From NCBI GenBank assembly GCA_963828195.1, contig CAWHDT010000003.1, positions 96,001 through 160,000 on the forward strand: a DNA stretch of 64,000 nt. The letters are read 5' to 3'. The notes beneath the pieces are model-generated. The model saw only the letters and a list, made by a program, of their open reading frames with translations. It was not told the DNA's origin and did no database searches. Shown in pieces: positions 59,349 through 64,000 of the stretch; position 1 is the stretch's first letter, and the number at the start of each line of letters is the position of its first letter. Position numbers and translations under genes: made by a program. The DNA is from Candidatus Bathyarchaeota archaeon (GTDB taxonomy: Archaea; Thermoproteota; Bathyarchaeia; Bathyarchaeales; Bathycorpusculaceae).

Positions 59349-60053
59349 ATGAAGTGGGAAACAAAAATCGAAGAAATTATACCTAGAACTGCTGATGTGA
59401 CCAGTTTCAGATTTGCCCGACCGTCAGAATTAGCTTACAAGCCGGGGCAATACTTTTTTGTAGCATTAAAACAAGGCGACAAAGAATTAACTCACCATTT
59501 CAGCTTCAGCAGCAGCCCAACAGAAACAGACCACTTTGAATTCACTAAAAAACTAACTGACAGTGAATACTCAAAGACGCTAAAAACCGCCAAAGCAGGC
59601 GACTGGGCAAGAATAGACGCGCCTTATGGGCAATTCACCTTTGAAGGAGAATACCCCAAAATCGCGTTACTTGCAGGAGGAATCGGAGTCACCCCGTTTG
59701 TGAGCATATGCAAAAACGCCACAGACAAACACTTGAACACGAAAATCACGCTCTTCTATGGCTGCCGCACAGAAAATGACATAGCATTCAAACAGGAATT
59801 CGAGAAGATGCAAGAAGAAAACAAAAATCTAAAAATTGTTTTCACCGTCAACGAAGCATCCCCTCAGTGGAAAGGCGCAGTCGGCTTAATCACTGCGGAC
59901 ATGATACAAAAAGAACTGCCTGACTACAAAGAAAACATGTTTTACCTTTGCGGACCGCCGCCGATGGTCACAGCGATGGAAAAACTTATAGTAAGCATCG
60001 GCTTACAAAAAGAAAAATTAAAACTGGAGTATTTCACAGGTTACCCACAATAA
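59349..60053 (+). CDS. FAD-dependent ferredoxin-NADP reductase-like oxidoreductase
   Basis: YKPGQY, FSFSSSP, AGGIGVTPF, YLCGPPPM. Confidence 0.9.
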   Translation: MKWETKIEEIIPRTADVTSFRFARPSELAYKPGQYFFVALKQGDKELTHHFSFSSSPTETDHFEFTKKLTDSEYSKTLKTAKAGDWARIDAPYGQFTFEGEYPKIALLAGGIGVTPFVSICKNATDKHLNTKITLFYGCRTENDIAFKQEFEKMQEENKNLKIVFTVNEASPQWKGAVGLITADMIQKELPDYKENMFYLCGPPPMVTAMEKLIVSIGLQKEKLKLEYFTGYPQ

Positions 60054-60204
60054 ACCAAATTTTTTTGCTACCTTTAGGAAAAAAGAATTCTTCTTCCAAA
60101 GGTACTTGAGTTTTTTACGAATAGACTATTTTAAATTATTTTCTTGTCGATACTTTGTTTCTGACGCAAACAAGTTTTTAAAATAGCAGCGGGTTGATGC
60201 TAAC

Positions 60205-60492
60205 ATGGATAAACTCAAGATTGTTGTCTTGATTATCGTAGTGGCGATATTTTTTGAAATATTTTACATATATGAAACAAATACGATATACATGCAGACG
60301 AACCCTTCAATACAAGAAATTAGCCACAACGCTAAAACCTACACTATGGTTTGGGACGCCGGTAACTCGACGGTGACAATAGTTAGCCCAGAGGGAAATA
60401 CAACACTTAATGTGGTAAGCGGGCAAGAATTTGTCTGTAACGGCTCGTCAACCTTGTATCAGGGCAAAACCATAATTTTTCGCACGCCCTAA
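60205..60492 (+). CDS. Hypothetical membrane-anchored protein
   Basis: 95 aa, N-terminal TM. Confidence 0.55.
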   Translation: MDKLKIVVLIIVVAIFFEIFYIYETNTIYMQTNPSIQEISHNAKTYTMVWDAGNSTVTIVSPEGNTTLNVVSGQEFVCNGSSTLYQGKTIIFRTP

Positions 60493-60525
60493 TTGCTCAA
60501 CATGTTTTCTTAAGAAAGGGATGTT

Positions 60526-61809
60526 TTATGGGTAGAACCTGCGCGTTGTCCTTGGGAACGGGATTGCATCAATGATGTTGTCTAGGTCCAGCATCCACGT
60601 TAACAATCGCTCAAGCCCCATTCCGAAGCCGACATGGGGAACTGTCCCGTAGCGTCGCAGGTCAAGGTACCACTCGTAGTCTTCAGGTTTCAAGCCTTGC
60701 GCCTTCATGCGTTGGATAAGTATATCTTTGTTTTCTTCTCTTGCTCCGCCTGTGCTGATTTCGCCGATTCTGGGCACCATCATGTCAACTGACATCGCCA
60801 CTTCGGGGTGGTCTTGGTAGGTTTTGCAGTAAAACGCCTTAATCTCTGTGGGGTAATCGTAAACGAAGAATGGCTTGCCGAAGTCTTCAGCTAAAACCTT
60901 CTCGTCCTCATAACCCAAGTCAGCGCCCCAGCTCAAAGCAGGATTTTTCACTTTAAGCCTGTCGATGGCTTCCGCGTAGGTTATGCGTGGAAAGGGGGTC
61001 TGCACTGTTTTGAGTTTGTTTATGTCGGCGCTCAGTTCTGTGAATTCTTTTTGGCAGGTGTCGCCGATGGTTTTGCAGATATGCGTCATCATGCCTTCTT
61101 CAAACTTCATCAAATCATTCATGTCGGCAAACGGCCATTCAGCTTCCATGTGCCAGTACTCGGTTAAATGCCGAATTGTCCTGCTTTTTTCAGCGCGGAA
61201 CGAAGGCGCGATGCAGTAGACGTTTTCTAAAGAGAAGATTAGTATTTCGAGGTAAAGCTGGCTGCTCTGGGTTAAGTATAGGTCTTGGTCGAAATATTTT
61301 AAGCCGAAAAGTGTGGAGCCGCCTTCCACTGCCGCGGATATAAACATGGGCGGCGAAACTTCGGTGTAATCTTGGCTTTTGAAGTATTTCCGTGCTGCCT
61401 CTAATGTGTCAGCGCGAACCTTCATCATCAAATTCATTTTTCGGCTACGCAGCCACAGATGCCGCATGTCACGGATGAACTCTTCACTTTTATCTTTGGC
61501 AATGGGGAAGGTTTCTGCTAAACCGATTATTGTGATGTTTTCCGCAGCGATTTCGTATCCGCCGGGGGCACGTTTGTCTTCTTTGGCAACGCCTTCAAGC
61601 GTCAAGCTGGATTCAATTGTTAAGAGCTGCGCTTCCGTCCATGCTGGACTGGCTTTTTTAACGGTGCACTGGATTACTCCTGTGGAATCGCGCAGAACCA
61701 GAAAAATCAGTTCTTTTCCTTCACGTTTACGGTAAACCCAACCGCGAACCGTGACTTTTTGGTCTGGACAGCAGCCTTCAAGTATTTTGCCTATTTTAGC
61801 TAAAGCCAT
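60526..61809 (-). CDS. asnS: Asparaginyl-tRNA synthetase
   Basis: RHLWLRS, YLTQSSQLYLE, FRAEKSRTIRHLTEYW, RRYGTVPHVGFGMGLER. Confidence 0.92.
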   Translation of the reverse strand: MALAKIGKILEGCCPDQKVTVRGWVYRKREGKELIFLVLRDSTGVIQCTVKKASPAWTEAQLLTIESSLTLEGVAKEDKRAPGGYEIAAENITIIGLAETFPIAKDKSEEFIRDMRHLWLRSRKMNLMMKVRADTLEAARKYFKSQDYTEVSPPMFISAAVEGGSTLFGLKYFDQDLYLTQSSQLYLEILIFSLENVYCIAPSFRAEKSRTIRHLTEYWHMEAEWPFADMNDLMKFEEGMMTHICKTIGDTCQKEFTELSADINKLKTVQTPFPRITYAEAIDRLKVKNPALSWGADLGYEDEKVLAEDFGKPFFVYDYPTEIKAFYCKTYQDHPEVAMSVDMMVPRIGEISTGGAREENKDILIQRMKAQGLKPEDYEWYLDLRRYGTVPHVGFGMGLERLLTWMLDLDNIIDAIPFPRTTRRFYP

Positions 61810-61944
61810 AGAGCATCAACCGTTTGCATTAATACTTAATTTCAAACCTAAATGCCTATCGATTTAGACTTTTAACTTTTAGATACATTAAACCGAAATT
61901 CTTTCCATAAAAAGGGGAATCGCTGGCGACATTTCCAGTTACGT

Positions 61945-63375
61945 CTAAATCTGATTATTTATCGAACGCGTGCTGTTTCGCTCTGCTCTTTTACCTAAAA
62001 AGAATGCGACGACTGCCACTGCAATAAATGCTATTGCTACTGCTGCAACAGTCAAATCTTGAGGTGCAGATGCATTAGACTTCTGTGATTGCAGAGTTAA
62101 AGGTGACGCGCTTGGAGATGTGGTTGATGAAGTGGTTGTGGATACAGGTGTTGGCGCCGTTTTGTTGGGCGGATTCTGGGATTGTATTGAGGTTGAATTG
62201 GAAGTTGTGGTTGGCGTGGCTGTCGAGGGCGATGCGTTAGGGGTTGGTATAGGCGCATTTGGGTTAGGCAGTGCATCAGGGTTTGGAGCAGTCAAAAAGG
62301 GAACGAAATTAACTGTGCCCACGGTAAAGTCATCTTTATAGTCGTAGATTGTTTGGTTGATTGCCTGTTGGTCACTTGTTCCCCACCAATTATTAATTAA
62401 GTTAATTTCTGAAGTTGCATCTAGGGTAAGTTTGGCGTTCAGTTGATTGTCATAAATGTTGTTGTCAACTATTGTGGGGACAATGGAGCTTTCAACTTGA
62501 ATCCCCACAGCATTGTTGGTGATCGTGTTATTTTCGACAGTAACAGCGCTGGCGTCTGAATTTTGAAAGTCTACAGAGATTCCGACGAGGCTGTCGTTTA
62601 TCAAGTTAAACTCGATTAAAGTTGAAGCTGTGGATCCAGATTCATCGTTTAAATACAGGCTGAAGAGGGTGTTGTCGGCGACGACGCTGCTTCCGGCGCC
62701 AATGTAGAGGTTGCCTGTAATCTGGTTATTTGAAATTACTGGTGATCCGCCTGTGACGCTGAGCGGTGTATCAATGTTATTGTTTTCAATTGTAGGTGAT
62801 CCGCCTGTAAGAGTGAGGGCGCCGCTTAGCAGAGAACTGTCGCTAATTCTTACGCTGCTTGAAATCTCAAATTCAACGTTGGAAATCACGGTATTTTCTA
62901 TTACTGACCCGGAATTTGTCTGTTGGTTCCAACTTGTGCTGGAGGATGAAAAAGTGATTGCGGAGTAAAAGGCAATGATGATGTGCCCCTGCACGTCGCC
63001 GTTTATGTAAATTGGGTTGCTGCTTGTGCCTACTGCAGACAAAACGCCGTTAACATCTATGCCGTCGCCTATGAGTCCCATGGTGATGTTAGCGCCTGGT
63101 TGAATGATTAGGGAACCATTATCCTCTAGGTAATAGTTGTTGAGGTTGACTGTGGCATCAGCACCTATTGTTAAAGTGACTCCGCTGTTAACAAGGACGT
63201 TTCCAGTGAAATTGTAGGGGCTATTTGCTTGACTCCAAGTGGTATCTGAGCTAATTATGTAGCTGACGTTTGTGCCGCTTTGAGCTTTTCCAAAAGGCAT
63301 TGTGCCAACAAAAGCTAACCCGCCGATCATAAGTGCAATCAAGAATGCACTCAAAAAAGCTTTAGTCTTTGCCAT
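61945..63375 (-). CDS. Surface protein with right-handed beta-helix (NosD-like) repeats and TM anchor
   Basis: Signal peptide (MAKTK..), SDTTWSQANSPY, N-rich repeats, NNWWG, S/T linker, TM + KR. Confidence 0.85.
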   Translation of the reverse strand: MAKTKAFLSAFLIALMIGGLAFVGTMPFGKAQSGTNVSYIISSDTTWSQANSPYNFTGNVLVNSGVTLTIGADATVNLNNYYLEDNGSLIIQPGANITMGLIGDGIDVNGVLSAVGTSSNPIYINGDVQGHIIIAFYSAITFSSSSTSWNQQTNSGSVIENTVISNVEFEISSSVRISDSSLLSGALTLTGGSPTIENNNIDTPLSVTGGSPVISNNQITGNLYIGAGSSVVADNTLFSLYLNDESGSTASTLIEFNLINDSLVGISVDFQNSDASAVTVENNTITNNAVGIQVESSIVPTIVDNNIYDNQLNAKLTLDATSEINLINNWWGTSDQQAINQTIYDYKDDFTVGTVNFVPFLTAPNPDALPNPNAPIPTPNASPSTATPTTTSNSTSIQSQNPPNKTAPTPVSTTTSSTTSPSASPLTLQSQKSNASAPQDLTVAAVAIAFIAVAVVAFFLGKRAERNSTRSINNQI

Positions 63376-63578
63376 AGCACTCACTAAATTATCTGTACTG
63401 CGTGAGCGCTTAAGAGAGTTTTTGTAAAAATTTGTTGACACAAGATTTCTTGACTATGCAGAACCAATCTTGCTTTCAAAACGGCTTTAGCTTTTCAAAC
63501 GATAGTCATGTCCAGTGTAGCGGGACGAGTGATATATCGACTTTAAAAGTTTAGACGTATGTGTTTAAGGAGATGTTT

Positions 63579-63665
63579 ATGGTGAAGAAAACAACCATAA
63601 TCTTGCGGGATGATGTCTACCAAACTTTGAAAGAGAACGCGGGCGCCCAAAACATTTCAAGGTAA
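63579..63665 (+). pseudogene. Truncated RHH antitoxin-like ORF
   Basis: AGGAG RBS; MVKKTTIILRDDVYQTLKENAGAQNISR* stops at the start of helix 2. Confidence 0.5.
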
Positions 63666-63691
63666 CTCAGATTCAAGCCCAAAACCCACAC

Positions 63692-63889
63692 AAATCAAAC
63701 TGAAATAAGCCCTGAATTTGACCAGCCTACCCTATGAGGCGGTCTAGTATTTACACTAAAAATCCACTGTAAATATGGCAGGCAGAAGAAGAAGAAAAAT
63801 TGTTTTCATCAGCTTCTTCTTCTTTTAAAAATAAATATTTTGCCGAGAAGAACAACAGTTGTTTTTTGGGTGTTGTTGTTCTTTCAAAA
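63692..63889 (+). repeat. Dispersed non-coding repeat, copy B
   Basis: Inverted homolog of 18137-18333. Confidence 0.8.
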
Positions 63890-64000
63890 TTGAAAATTGG
63901 TAACAAAAATTCAGCCAAACAGCGGCTTTTTTATGCTTCTTTGATGCTTGGCTCATAAACTTTCCAAAAAATAAAAATTGAAAGCGGAATCGCGGATGCT

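Noticed and set aside
60526-61809. Aspartyl-tRNA synthetase
   Set aside because: LTQSSQLYLE, AEKSRT.RHL and YGTVPH motifs are AsnRS-type.
1-64000. selD, cas genes, rRNA or further UGA-interrupted genes
   Set aside because: None recognised by eye; a systematic UGA/Cys scan was not possible.

Overview
Archaeal chromosomal segment, most likely Bathyarchaeia (inferred from gene content and style: TiaS, archaeal AlaRS, WtpABC, PEF-CTERM and P/T-linker surface proteins, HdrA-MvhD). The first 11.4 kb is a selenocysteine (Sec) locus that the ORF track mostly misses or splits. It has a PSTK kinase joined in frame to the Sec elongation factor SelB (running off the left edge), SepSecS, and a 9/4-fold tRNA-Sec(UCA) abutting the SepSecS stop codon. 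It also has an HdrA-MvhD fusion with two in-frame UGA codons at conserved Cys positions, followed by a non-canonical SECIS-like hairpin. Further on are a DUF4011 helicase/nuclease, a 2.95-kb IS6-family element with passenger genes and an 8-bp target duplication, and a MEDS/PAS two-component cluster. A tungstate/molybdate ABC operon with a ModE-box-like site and a metal-chelate ABC operon follow. The rest holds pyrG, three stand-alone Lrp/AsnC ligand-binding proteins, tiaS, an anchored GH5, alaS, grpE-dnaK-dnaJ, acs-satP and asnS. A dispersed ~200-bp non-coding repeat occurs twice. All calls come from reading the sequence; no searches were run.
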